A stretch of DNA of 64,000 bases, taken from the NCBI GenBank assembly GCA_951406725.2, contig OX597820.1, positions 91,698,001-91,762,000 of the forward strand, read 5' to 3'. This DNA comes from Octopus vulgaris. Taxonomy: Eukaryota. The notes under the pieces are model-generated. The model ran no database searches, had not been told where the DNA came from, and saw only the letters and a program-made list of their open reading frames with translations. This document shows, in pieces, positions 24,267 through 35,427 of the stretch (the stretch's first letter is position 1; the number at the start of each line of letters is the position of its first letter). Position numbers and translations under genes: made by a program.

Positions 24267-25994
24267 GACATACATACACACACACATATATACATATACA
24301 TATATAGACATACATACACACACATACATATATATATATATATAGATATACATACACACACACACATACATACATACACACACACACACATATATATATA
24401 TATATCAATAACTTTATAATGTATACGATTGCTTAAGAGCTGTATACAATTTCTGACATAATCATTCATCAAATATAGTTTTAAAATATGTCTCGTCTAG
24501 ATATTTTGTTTCAGTGTAGCTTTTTGAAACGGGCTTAAAGGAATTAGCAATACCTATCAGTTTGACAGAAGATATATTTGTGATGCCTCATTTTGCAATG
24601 TCTTTGTGTGAGCTCCTTTCATAATCTTCTCATCAAATTTATCTATCACATGCGCTGAGATGAGATTTTTTGCAAAAGATATATCTCTTGACAAAACGAA
24701 CTCATGTGTCATAATTTATTATTGATTCCTTGTGGTTTTAAGCGCAGAAAATGTATTGTGTGACACTGTGTAATAAATTTACCGTGGATCAATGAAGTGC
24801 GAAAATATAGACTCAAAAACATATAGTCATTTTTTTTCCTATATATTTCATATGTAAAAAATTCTGAGTAAATATACTTTTGTCAACAATAACATGAATT
24901 ATTTTTGAAGTCGCAAATTTTAAGCAACATTTACGAATAAACCTATGGGACTATATATATTTTATATATTATTTTCGCCTTTTATTTTAAGTTTATTAAA
25001 ATAACTTTATAAATTATGGTATCAATATTGCTGAAAAATAATCAATATTATATAAATTTTAATACAAGTGCGTTAGGGCATTAATCAAGATTTGTTTGGG
25101 TATAGACGAAGGGCAGTGCAAAATTTTATTCAAATTTAATTCCTGAATATTTTGGATTCCTCTATGCCATTAATATCACTCTGCATGTTTAAATGTTAGA
25201 ACGACGCATCTTACTCTTGCTTTTTACAATAAAAAGCAAATTTCGAATATAAAATATTCATGAACTCTAATAAGTGCATACGTTTCTGATCTTGAATATA
25301 AACTAAAATGATATGTGTTTAATCTACTTGGAAAGCTGCTAAATCTGAAAACAGAAAATAAGTATACTTTCAGCTGCTCTAAAGTAAAGTTTCTCCTCGT
25401 GTTTCTATTATACAATGTTGAGATATCTATTTCAAGTAGCATAAGACAACAATAAAGATGTCAGCATACTTGAATACGCTGGTGAACAATTTACAATTTA
25501 CAGAGTGGTGTATAGTTTTCTCTTTTATCATAATTCCATTCACATCTAGGTTGTTAGATAAAAATGTTAAATCGTCACAAACACTTGACTAGTAATTCAT
25601 TTTTGTCTGACACTAACACTATTCAGCCAATCTAAACTGTATTGCCAATTTAAACTGTATTTAACTAGTACTTACGTTACATTTTCCTGGCGTAAATGAT
25701 AACTTCCTTCACTAAATACTACGACATATTCAGTCAATTACGCTACCGAAATAATGTAATCCTTACATATGCTTTAAATCTTGTAGTATTTCAAAAAAAT
25801 ACATTTCAGTAACTTTCCTAGAATACTTCTAAAGTATCGTTGTAAAAATACATATATACCTACACTTTCCTAAGCTCACAGCTGAATTCTTCTATGTGTC
25901 AAACATAAACTAATGGGCTAAAGTAGACTATACACTATCAGATTTAAAGCTCTCAATCTACTTATATTAGTGGCCTTTATAATATGACGAATTG

Positions 25995-26130
25995 ACAGTC
26001 ATTGGAGCTTTGGCTAGATATAAAATGCCCCAGGCTTTACTTTTCATTCTCGGATATGACTTCAAACCCTTACGGATTGCACAAAAGCACCAACATATGG
26101 ACTGGCGAAACTTTAAGAGAGTCGAGCAAG
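25995..26130 (+). mobile_element. Decayed R4/Dong-type LINE C-terminal fragment
   Basis: VIGALA.. followed in a shifted frame by LHKSTNIWTGETLRES, resembling VIGALG..LQKxxLLGTAxILRxV. Confidence 0.4.
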
Positions 26131-26489
26131 ATGACATGTGCTATGCGTGTTAGTTTTTACCATTCTCACAACAACGCCCGTCAGAAATTTGTGCCAATGT
26201 CTGTCGGCACAAGTAGGTAGCCTCTCATTTGGGTAACATCGGTGGCATAAGATGAAATTTGAATTATGCTCACGTTTGCATAGACATGTTCAGATATATG
26301 ATCTGACAGTACCATATCTTTACTTCTCTGGAAGATTTTCGTTTTCCTTCTTTGGGTTATAAGTGACTTGAACTGCAACAAATGCATACAATAACACTTG
26401 GCTTTCTACGTGCGTCAGCTGATTAATTTTTGATTATCAGCATCTCATCTTACTATGGACACTTCTAACAGTGTCTTATTGTAATTATT

Positions 26490-27292
26490 TTTTTCTTCAA
26501 TATTGCTCTATTTTCCCCAAATTTTTCTTGATTTTTCTTTCAATTTTCTTTTCTTTCCGAAATCCCTTGCTCGTTTTTCTCAGTTTTTAAAAAGTTTTTT
26601 CATTCCTTTTACCTCTCACGATTCTCTTTCCCATTCGTCTCCAACGAATTTCGTTTGCAATCCACGTGCCTCTCAAAATTCTTCCCTTGCAGAACTATGT
26701 TCTTTTTCTTTGTCTAGTGTTGCATTGTCCTTCTTTCTCCTCTTTTGTTCATAACATCTTCCACAAATATCATCTCACAAATATATTTTACTTCGATCAC
26801 ACACCCCACGTTACTCTCGCTATTCCTTTTAATCTTTACTGGCGGGAGTTCCCACCTTCTTAATTCAGCGCTTTCCTTACACACACCGATTACACACGCA
26901 TATATACCGGCACCCCTCTGTAGTCCGTGATTCTATACTTCCGCACATTCACATGTCTACACACATATACATTCCCATAACCGTGCACAAAAGACTACTC
27001 CTTACACCTATCTTGAAACACGAATATGTTCCTATACTTCCACATCCACCTCCCCTTGCGACCATATTTAGTCACCTCCATAGAATCGCATTCTCAAATG
27101 TCCGCGCCATTCGTTTTTCCAAACAATTTTCCTCTTTCACTCTATTTACATTTTCTAAACATTTTTTCCTGATAAAGGACTTTCGACCGAAATGTTAAGA
27201 ATCTTTCCCTTTCTTGTTAAACATTAAACTAATACAATCTTTATTAAACTATGTTTCTTCTGTTGTCATTTTTCGTCATTGCCTTCAAAATA
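26490..27292 (+). mobile_element. Old pyrimidine/CA-rich PLE-like 3' UTR with degenerate hammerhead at 27165-27201
   Basis: ttc CTGATAA a GGAC tttc GACC GAAA TGTTA agaa, followed by a short tail and TATATA. Confidence 0.4.
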
Positions 27293-27309
27293 TATATAAA
27301 AATAAAGAT

Positions 27310-27540
27310 CCTTCCCGAGTCATATAGAATCATAGGCCCGCTTTCCATGGCGTATATACCTCCCCCATGGACAGGATGCTGGTCCATCACAGTATTACTC
27401 ATTTTTTGCCAGCTGAGTGGACTGGAGCAAAGTGAAATGAGATATTTTGCTTAAAAACACAGTGTAACACCCTATTAATGAATCGAAACCACAATCTTAC
27501 GATCATGTGTACAACAGCTAGACCATTGATACACGCTTCT
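27310..27540 (-). mobile_element. Degenerate CORE-type tRNA SINE
   Basis: actcatttttgccagctgagtggactggagcaaagtgaaatgag..ttgct is the reverse complement of the CORE-like segment in 10141-10478. Confidence 0.6.
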
Positions 27541-27598
27541 TCACACGTATGCATACATAGATATGTGCATATATATCTTCATACATACATGCATACAG

Positions 27599-27639
<41 letters not shown>

Positions 27640-27642
<3 letters not shown>

Positions 27643-28052
27643 TCTTTACTCTTTTACTCTTTTACTTGTTTCAGTCATTTGACTGCGGCCATGCTGGAGC
27701 ACCGCCTTTAGTCGAGCAAATCGACCCCGGGACTTATTCTTTGTAAGCCCAGTACTTATTCTATCGGTCTCTTTTGCCGAACCGCTAGGTGACGGGGACG
27801 TAAACACACCAGCATCGGTCAAGCAATGCTAGGGGGACAAACACAGACACACAAACATATACACACACACTTATATATATATACATATATACGACAGGCT
27901 TCTTTCAGTTTCCGTCTACCAAATCCACTCACAAGGCATTGGTCGGCCCGGGGCTATAACAGAAGACACTTGCCCAAGATGCCACGCAGTGGGACTGAAC
28001 CCGGAACCATGTGGTTGATTAGCAAGCTACTTACCACACAGCCACTCCTGCG

Positions 28053-28056
<4 letters not shown>
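27640..28056 (-). mobile_element. SINE family A, intact, inserted in (TA)n
   Basis: Sense strand: TAGGCGCAGGAGTGGCTGTGTGG (A box)..GGTTCAGTCCC (B box)..internal TA/TG linker..tail (AAAAGAGT)n. (TA)n on both sides. Confidence 0.9.
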
Positions 28057-28112
<56 letters not shown>

Positions 28113-28119
<7 letters not shown>

Positions 28120-29125
28120 GAAAGAAGGTTTGAAAATGCAATTTAAAAGATGTTTATTTACTTTACCGGTTTCACTCTTTGGAAAAAGATTGTCAAAAGT
28201 AACATGTAGAAGTTTGGTTGCGTTAATTATTGGTTGTTACAAATTGCTACATTACATGTATACAGTCTTTGGTAACAGGGACATGTTAAGGACATAAAAA
28301 AAGTTCAACAAGTTCCTTAAAATATTGGGCACAAAAGATTACTACATAAATAATCGTTCTCAAGGACATGGTTAAGATAGTTTCCAGAAGGAATTAATAT
28401 TGGTATTGGTATTGTATCTGTATATTCAAACATGCACAGAATATTGGTTGACACAGAGTACTACGATCCATATAAATATACATTCTTTGGTGACAAGAGC
28501 ATGTTGAGAATATAAAAAAGTTTAACAAGCTCATTGAAATAATGGGTACACAAGTTTACAACAGATATATTATACATTCTCAAGATAATTTCCTGAAGGA
28601 ATTATTAAAAAAGTCTAGTATACACGTACAGAATATTATGAGTTCAAAAAGATTTACATTATAATAGTAGTGAAGCTAAACCTGTCCGATATAGTAGCGT
28701 AAAAGGAAGAGTAATGTGGAACTGAAAAGAATTTACCCTTGTTTGTCTCTCCTTCAAGCATCAATGATTTTGGGGTCAGGATGGGGTGAGTGTGTGTGTA
28801 TGTGTGTGTGTGTGTGTGTGTACATACATATGTGGTGTGAATAGATGTGTCTGTGTGTTTGTAAGATCTGGTAGGATGGTGTGTCCGTTTGTCAACCGCG
28901 TGTGTGGTTGTCTTGGTGTTGTGTGTGTGTGTATGCATGTGTGTGGATGGCATGGTGCTGCGTGTATATATGTGTGTCTGTATGGAGGTGAGATTGGTGT
29001 GAGTGTGTGTATCCTTGTGTGTGTGCATATACATGTATACATGTGTTTGTGTGTGTGTGTGGGCTGCTTTTGGTTGGTTCCAGGGTGGTGTAAATAGATG
29101 TGTGATATTTAAAGAATTTTTTGAT
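28113..29125 (-). mobile_element. Non-coding Penelope-like 3' UTR/pLTR element (copy 2)
   Basis: Reverse-complement homolog of 22290-23227, e.g. gaaagaaggtttgaaaatgcaatttaaaagatgtttatttac, ccttcaagcatcaatgattttgggg and ttccagggtgg..aatagatgtgt. Confidence 0.75.
28158..28202 (-). ncRNA. Minimal type I hammerhead-like motif, U3-A8 variant
   Basis: Minus strand: ttactt TTGACAA TCTTT ttcc AAAGA gt GAAA CCGG TA aagtaa. GUA site. Confidence 0.65.
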
Positions 29126-29409
29126 GTATGTATATGTGTGCCCGTTTGTGAGTGTGTGTGTGTATGTGTGTGGTTAATGTTTATTAGTGTGTTGCGTGTG
29201 CGTTAGTGTGTATGTGTTTGTTCGTATGTGTGTCCATGTCTGTTGGGTATATCTGTGTGGCATGTGTGTATATGCGTTTGCGTGTGTTGGTATTGAGTAT
29301 GTGTTTGTGTGTGTGCGTATATATGTTGTGGGTGTACGCGTCTTTGTGTGTGTATACACATGTATACATGTGTCTACGCATGTGTGTGGGCCACACATAC
29401 ACACTACAT

Positions 29410-29493
<84 letters not shown>

Positions 29494-29797
29494 ATGCATA
29501 TATATCTTTTTAATTTGTTTATAGGAAACGTTTTGAATATGGAAATAAAGCCCTTACTCCTTATTCCATTATGCCGGCCACAGTCTAATGATGCTGCCCG
29601 GTGAACCAGTCATCCCTGTAGCCATTCCAGGAATACGGACTGTGATCATAAGACACATGTGACTTTTGGAAACACACGTAGCGATGCATTAAATGTTTAT
29701 AAATTGAATCCAAATAGTATTAATATTATTATTTCATATATATATATATATAAGTGTGCGTGTTTGTGCCTATTTCTGTGTTTGTGTGTACATGTGA

Positions 29798-29829
<32 letters not shown>

Positions 29830-30061
29830 GCAGGTAATTATAGCTTTCTGCATATGTGCTTGTATGCCTATATTACAGAACAGCTTCATTTAACAAAGTT
29901 GGCTTTAAGATACTAATTTTCCTAAATCAATTTGGTCATTATCTGAAACAATTTTAGTTTTATCTAGAATAAAAATCCACCCATTTTCACCCTGGTGTTG
30001 AAGCAGTCATGGGAGTGTTGAGGCGTCCATTTTTTTTTTTTTACCAGAGATGAAGAATTAT

Positions 30062-30286
30062 TTGCCCTCGTCTTGTTTGTTGTTAACACAACGTTTCAGT
30101 TGATATACTCTCCAGCTTTCTTTAGGTCTTGCGGAAATTTTGAACCTGGGTTCTCACTCCTAAGGTATTTTTCAATGTTATTATTATTATTATCATTATT
30201 ATTATTGTTAGTGTTCAGATGCTTGGAATCGAACTCGGAATCTTGGGGTTAGTAGCCAGCGCTCTTAACCACTACGCCGTATGCCA
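30062..30286 (-). mobile_element. tRNA-headed SINE family D with (AAT)n linker and hammerhead-like 3' module
   Basis: Minus strand: GGCGTAGTGG..GTTCGATTCC..(AAT)n..aagac CTAAAGA aAGCTG gagagtatat CAACT GAAACGTT gtgtt. Confidence 0.7.
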
Positions 30287-30475
30287 GCAATTATGGAGTG
30301 AATTTTAGGGCTTATAAATCTAATATTTTCTATCCTTCTTTAATACCGGTTCCCATATGCTGCTCATATCTGCACTTGGTCTGCTTAGGAGGTTGCTGTG
30401 TCCTAGCAAATTCGCTACTTCTTTTAGGTTTCGTATTTTCCAGTGATGTTCTTTGTCTATCAGTGACCTGAACAC

Positions 30476-30535
<60 letters not shown>

Positions 30536-30539
30536 GAGT

Positions 30540-30930
30540 CGGTCAGTATTTACATTGGACAATATGTCGGCATTATGAAACCCCAACCGCTGGCAAATAG
30601 TATAAACACTATCCTGAAGCTGTGACCGAGGGAGAAAATGTGTCGATTCTATGGGACTTCCCCGTACAGACCGACAAGACTATAAAAGCTAATAAAATTG
30701 ATATTATTATAAAAGATCAGACAAAAAAGATGTGTTTATTAATTGACATGAGTATTCCTTGCGATCACAATATAGCTGCGAAAGAATTTGACAAGATTAG
30801 TAAATATAAAGACTTGTTAATAGAAATTGAAAAAATGTGGCATCTCAAGGCGACTACAGTACCAGTGATTGTAGGATCTCTAGGAATGATAGACAAAGGT
30901 ACTGAAACCTATTTGAAAATAATTCCAGGT
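30540..30930 (+). mobile_element. R4/Dong-clade LINE fragment: restriction-like (PD-(D/E)XK) endonuclease domain
   Basis: ILWDFPVQTDKTIKANKIDIIIKD..CLLIDMSIPCD..KEFDKISKYKDL..IEKMW..VPVIVGSLGMI. Directly follows an (AAT)n tract. Confidence 0.85.
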
Positions 30931-31029
30931 TTGTTGTTATGGATAATATATGTCGAGTTTAGTTTATTGAGCGGTTTTCTGTCTGTCTAGCTACTGTGTA
31001 AACGGTCCATCAATGAATTTATTTATTTA

Positions 31030-31151
31030 TTAGTTTTTATATGCATATGTTGTCTGAATTTGCGCGTGTAATCTCGGAATGAGCTTCTCTGCCCTGGGTG
31101 TATGGAAAACACTCGGCGAGAAGCGGAACAAAATTTGAAGAAGGGAAAAAC

Positions 31152-31152
<1 letters not shown>
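31030..31152 (+). mobile_element. Probable 3' UTR of an (AAT)n-targeting LINE
   Basis: Unique sequence running directly into (TAA)n at 31153, nested in a split family-D SINE. Confidence 0.4.
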
Positions 31153-31214
<62 letters not shown>

Positions 31215-31343
31215 TTAATAATAATACTAACAACAACATCGAACAATACCTTTACAAATATCTAAACCGTTAAAAGTTTGACTTTTTTTAATATTTCGCA
31301 TGTCTAATTCTGTCCCTCGTCCAGAATATGTATATACTATATA

Positions 31344-31880
31344 TCTATTATATAAAATCCGTTCTGTGTGTGTATGTGTGTGTGTTTTCTCGGATCTCGG
31401 GCATCCTCCATCCGATTGAACTCAAATTTGATATGCAGATACCGACGGCATCAGGTCGTGTACAAGTCTTGCAAAAATTACGAAAATCGATTCCAAGTGA
31501 GAATGCAATCGATAAAGCCGTTTTTGTCCTGCTTTTCTTCCGTCAACCCGTACGTAACTGCACCTTCGATCTTTTGTTGTTTTTGTACTACTTAAAGGCA
31601 CGTTTCTTTCCTGCCAAGCTTACTTTTTAAACCATGTTTGTTCTTAGTTGTACATTCTGTGGTTTATCCGTTCGGTGTTTTGTGCTACAAAAATTTTCAG
31701 TGGAATAGTAAAAAGTCTACCTTTATTTCTTCTTTTGCTGGTATCTCAAATTTAGGTTAAATCAGTGTTTCTCAAAGGGGAGGCCTATGGGACGGTCGGA
31801 CAAGTTGTTTTGTGAAAATTCGGTTTAAATGTTTGACAACTCAGCACCGTCCATTGGACGGGGGGGGGTCGTTTTTCTCG
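31344..31880 (+). mobile_element. Non-autonomous Helitron
   Basis: Starts A|TCTATTATATAAAA followed by a (TG)n-like tract. Subterminal hairpin CCGTCC-ATT-GGACGG at 31847-31861. Ends CTCG|T, one change from CTAG. No TSD. Confidence 0.65.
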
Positions 31881-31884
31881 TGTT

Positions 31885-31923
<39 letters not shown>

Positions 31924-32496
31924 AGAGAGAGAAAGAGAAAGAGGGGGAGAGAAAGAGATAGAGGGGGAGAAAGATATGTGTGTTTGTATGTTGTAATATA
32001 AGGTTTTAAAATATATCAAAACTATATTATACGTAGTTTCTGCATTATAAGAAAGAGAACTTAATACACTGTGTACAGTGAATAGGTAAATTTCTTGTAT
32101 CAAAAGTTCAGTCTACTATGAATTTTGCATTTGACTTGGCTGTTCGTGACAATCACAGGTTCACGTTTCTTTGTGCCAGTGTGTAAGTGCGTGTTTATCT
32201 GTATTATACATACGTTATATGTATATAAGGAGCTCTCCCGTCAAAGACCGTGTATAAGTGTTCAGTTTTTTGCCGAACTACCTGGACAAATGGTTTGTTT
32301 ATAGTGATCGTATGTATGTACTGTACATTACCTCTCTCCCTCCATCAAATCCATGTTGCCTGGTTAGGTGCATGGTGTACCACGCGGTAGGTGTCAAAGT
32401 GATCGCATAGCAACGTGAGGTTAAGTATTTTGCTCAAGTCTGGGAATTCAAACCACAATCTCGCGATCGTGAACGACATCTTACGGAATAGGTGTG

Positions 32497-32528
<32 letters not shown>

Positions 32529-32600
32529 TGTATGTATGTATGCATGCATGCATGTATGTATGTATGTATGCATGTATGTACGTATTCAGGGTATTACTCA

Positions 32601-33000
32601 TTACTCTTTTACTTGTTTCAGTCATTTGACTGCGGCCATGCTAGAGCACAGCGTTTGGTCGAGCAAATTGACCCAAGGACCTATTCTTTGTAAGCCTAGT
32701 ACTTATTCTTACTTATTCTATCGGTCTCATTTGCCGAACCACTAAGTTAAGGGGACGTAGACAAACCAGCATCGGTTGTCAAGCGATGTTGGGGGGAAAC
32801 AAACACAGACACACAAACATATACACACACATACATATATATATTTGTATATACGATGAGCTTCTTTCAGTTTCCGTCTACCAAATCACAAGGCTTTGGT
32901 CGGCCCGAGACTATAGCAGAAGACACTTGCCCAAGTTTGCCACGCAGTGGGACTGAACCCAGAACCATGTGATTGGTAAGCAGGCTAAGTACCACACAGC
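32601..33000 (-). mobile_element. SINE family A
   Basis: Collinear with 27640-28056. Confidence 0.9.
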
Positions 33001-33095
33001 ATAAAAAGAATAGAAAAGAATATCTCCTCCAAAAGTAAAACTATTTTTAAACAATTAAAATAATCAACTACATTTTGGTTAGCAGATAACAGTTT

Positions 33096-33255
33096 ACTAA
33101 AAGCAGCCGGCTTTAGCTTCCAGCACGGACTCAAGACGGCTTCGGAAACCTGGCGCATGCTTTCTTACTGTTTTCCTGGGAATATCTCCGAACACCTCTT
33201 TGGTCTCCGTGACCAGCTCGAACTTGCTGTTGCAAGCAGACCGACTGGCCAACCA
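33096..33255 (-). mobile_element. Tc1/mariner-superfamily transposase C-terminal fragment
   Basis: SACNSKFELVTETKEVFGDIPRKTVRKHAPGFRSRLESVLEAKAGCF* matches the terminal FRxRLEAVxxAxGGxF pattern. Confidence 0.7.
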
Positions 33256-33289
33256 CAACCCACTCAGAGTAATCAATAGTATTGCAATC

Positions 33290-33710
33290 AGAAAGGATGC
33301 AATGCAAAAGCGACCATGGTGGAATTTGAACTCTCAACGTAAACATATACGAAATGCCACAACGCATATTGCCTTGCGTGCAAAGAACTGTGCCAACTTG
33401 CCACCTACTGTAAAAAGTATAAAATGCCTTGGTATCATCTTGGTGATACTATTAAGCATTGAATACTTCAAGGTACTCATTATTGAAATTCATCATAATA
33501 GTTTCAAATGTTGAGGCCGGGCAAGAAATGTAGGAGGACGGGGTAAGGTGATTACATCAATCCCAGTCCTCAACTGTTATTTAATTTATTGACTCTGAAA
33601 ATATGTAAAACCGACCTCGATGAAATTTAAACTCAGAACGTAAGGACGGATGAAATACTGCTAAGCATTCTGCCTGGCGTGCTAACGACTCTGTCAGATC
33701 GTCGCTTTGA
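33290..33710 (-). mobile_element. Two degenerate SINE family B copies (33290-33410, 33505-33710)
   Basis: ggaatttgaactc and aaactcagaacgtaag..gaaatactgctaagcatt..ggcgtgctaacg segments. Confidence 0.7.
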
Positions 33711-34799
33711 TTTCAGTGTGACGATGACGTCATTTGCATTACTGATTTTTTAACAATATTTTATATAGAGAGAACCTATTTTTTATTGTCGATTCCCTTC
33801 CACTAAGCACTTGAATGTAAAACAACAAATATGTAAGCAGATCACCCATTGATAACGAGTCGTACATCCGGCATATTTACATATGTAGTAAAATTGAGAT
33901 TAACTGCACACATAGCTAAATGATCAAATAACGTAATCAAGATAATCGTATATCGCTTAGGCGATAAACTGGGGTCGAACTTTCTGAGGAGATTCAATAT
34001 CATTTAATTAAATCATTATAGTTAATATATTAAGGTGAGAAATTAATCTATAGATCCTGAGTTCTAGAAGAATCTACTGACATGCACAAGCACACACACA
34101 CACACACACATACGTGTGGAGGGAAGGGGTGCCTGTATGTAGATAGTTAGAGATGTACACACACACACACACACACACACAAATACACACACACACATAC
34201 ACATATATGTTGAAGCAGAGGAGTGTTTCGTCTGTGTACTGGAGTTCTGTTTATGAATATTCTACATAGGTAATCGATTTCTGTGGGAAAAAAAATTCTT
34301 TCAAGAGATAGTAACATGCAAGAAAAAACAAAAGATTACAATACAAGATAGAAGATAATTAATGAAGTTTAGGATATTACGCAAACCAGTCAGAAGTGTA
34401 AATAATTATTCTGAGCCACTCCTTGCACATGTGCAAATAGGTTCACACTTAGTTCTCTGTGTGCGCGCGCGTGCGCGTGTATGTGCGTGTATGTATGTAT
34501 GTTACTGGTGTTTTTTTCAATTAATGCAATGCGATTCATGGGGGGGGTATCATATTTAAGGGTGACAATCGATCATATTAAACCCGGTATATATTTTTAA
34601 GTTCACTGTGCGAGCGGTTATGTGTGTGCATATATATATATATATATATCTATTCCTATATATGTGTAATTATGAATTTACATTTGTATATAACTGTTTA
34701 ATCTGAATAGGGCAGAATGGAAATTTTAAAAAATTACTGGTGACTGTTTCTGTGTCCAAGATATATCGTCATATGTTATGGTAAAACATAAGCTCGTAT

Positions 34800-35101
34800 G
34801 TCTTCTTCTTTTCGCCCTATTGAAACCTAGCCAGGATCATGTGCCTGGTTTGTTGGTTTCTGTGGCGTATGTGTTCCCCCCCCCCCCCCAGCCTATCGTT
34901 ACTCAAGAAACAGGAAGAGAGAGTGAGAGAAAGTTGTGGCGAAAGAGTACAACAGGGGTCGTCACCACCACCCTACCGGAGCGTCGTGGAGCTTTTAGGT
35001 GTTTTCGCTCAATAAACACACACAACGCCCGGTCTGGGAATCGAAACCGCGACCTTCTGACCGCAAGTCTGCTGCCCTAACAACTGGGCCATTGCGTCTT
35101 C
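34800..35101 (-). mobile_element. tRNA-derived SINE (family E)
   Basis: Minus strand TGGCCCAGTTG (A box-like) and GGTTTCGATTCCC (B box), unique body, tail (GAA)n. Confidence 0.7.
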
Positions 35102-35337
35102 AAGATCATATGTAATTATTATATAAGCTCGTGTACTCATTTACGTATTCATAACAAATATTTTATTCGATTTCTATACTCTTTTGCATAGTTAACCTAA
35201 GTTTACTATGAAATTGCATTATATATGAAATTATTTGGCACTTTTTACAATTATGCACAATTGCGATAATTTATCCTCTATTTTCGTAATCTCATTTCTC
35301 ATTTGTCATTCACTCCTCTTCCTCTGTGCAGATGTTC

Positions 35338-35379
<42 letters not shown>

Positions 35380-35392
35380 GAGTGTATGTGTG

Positions 35393-35427
<35 letters not shown>

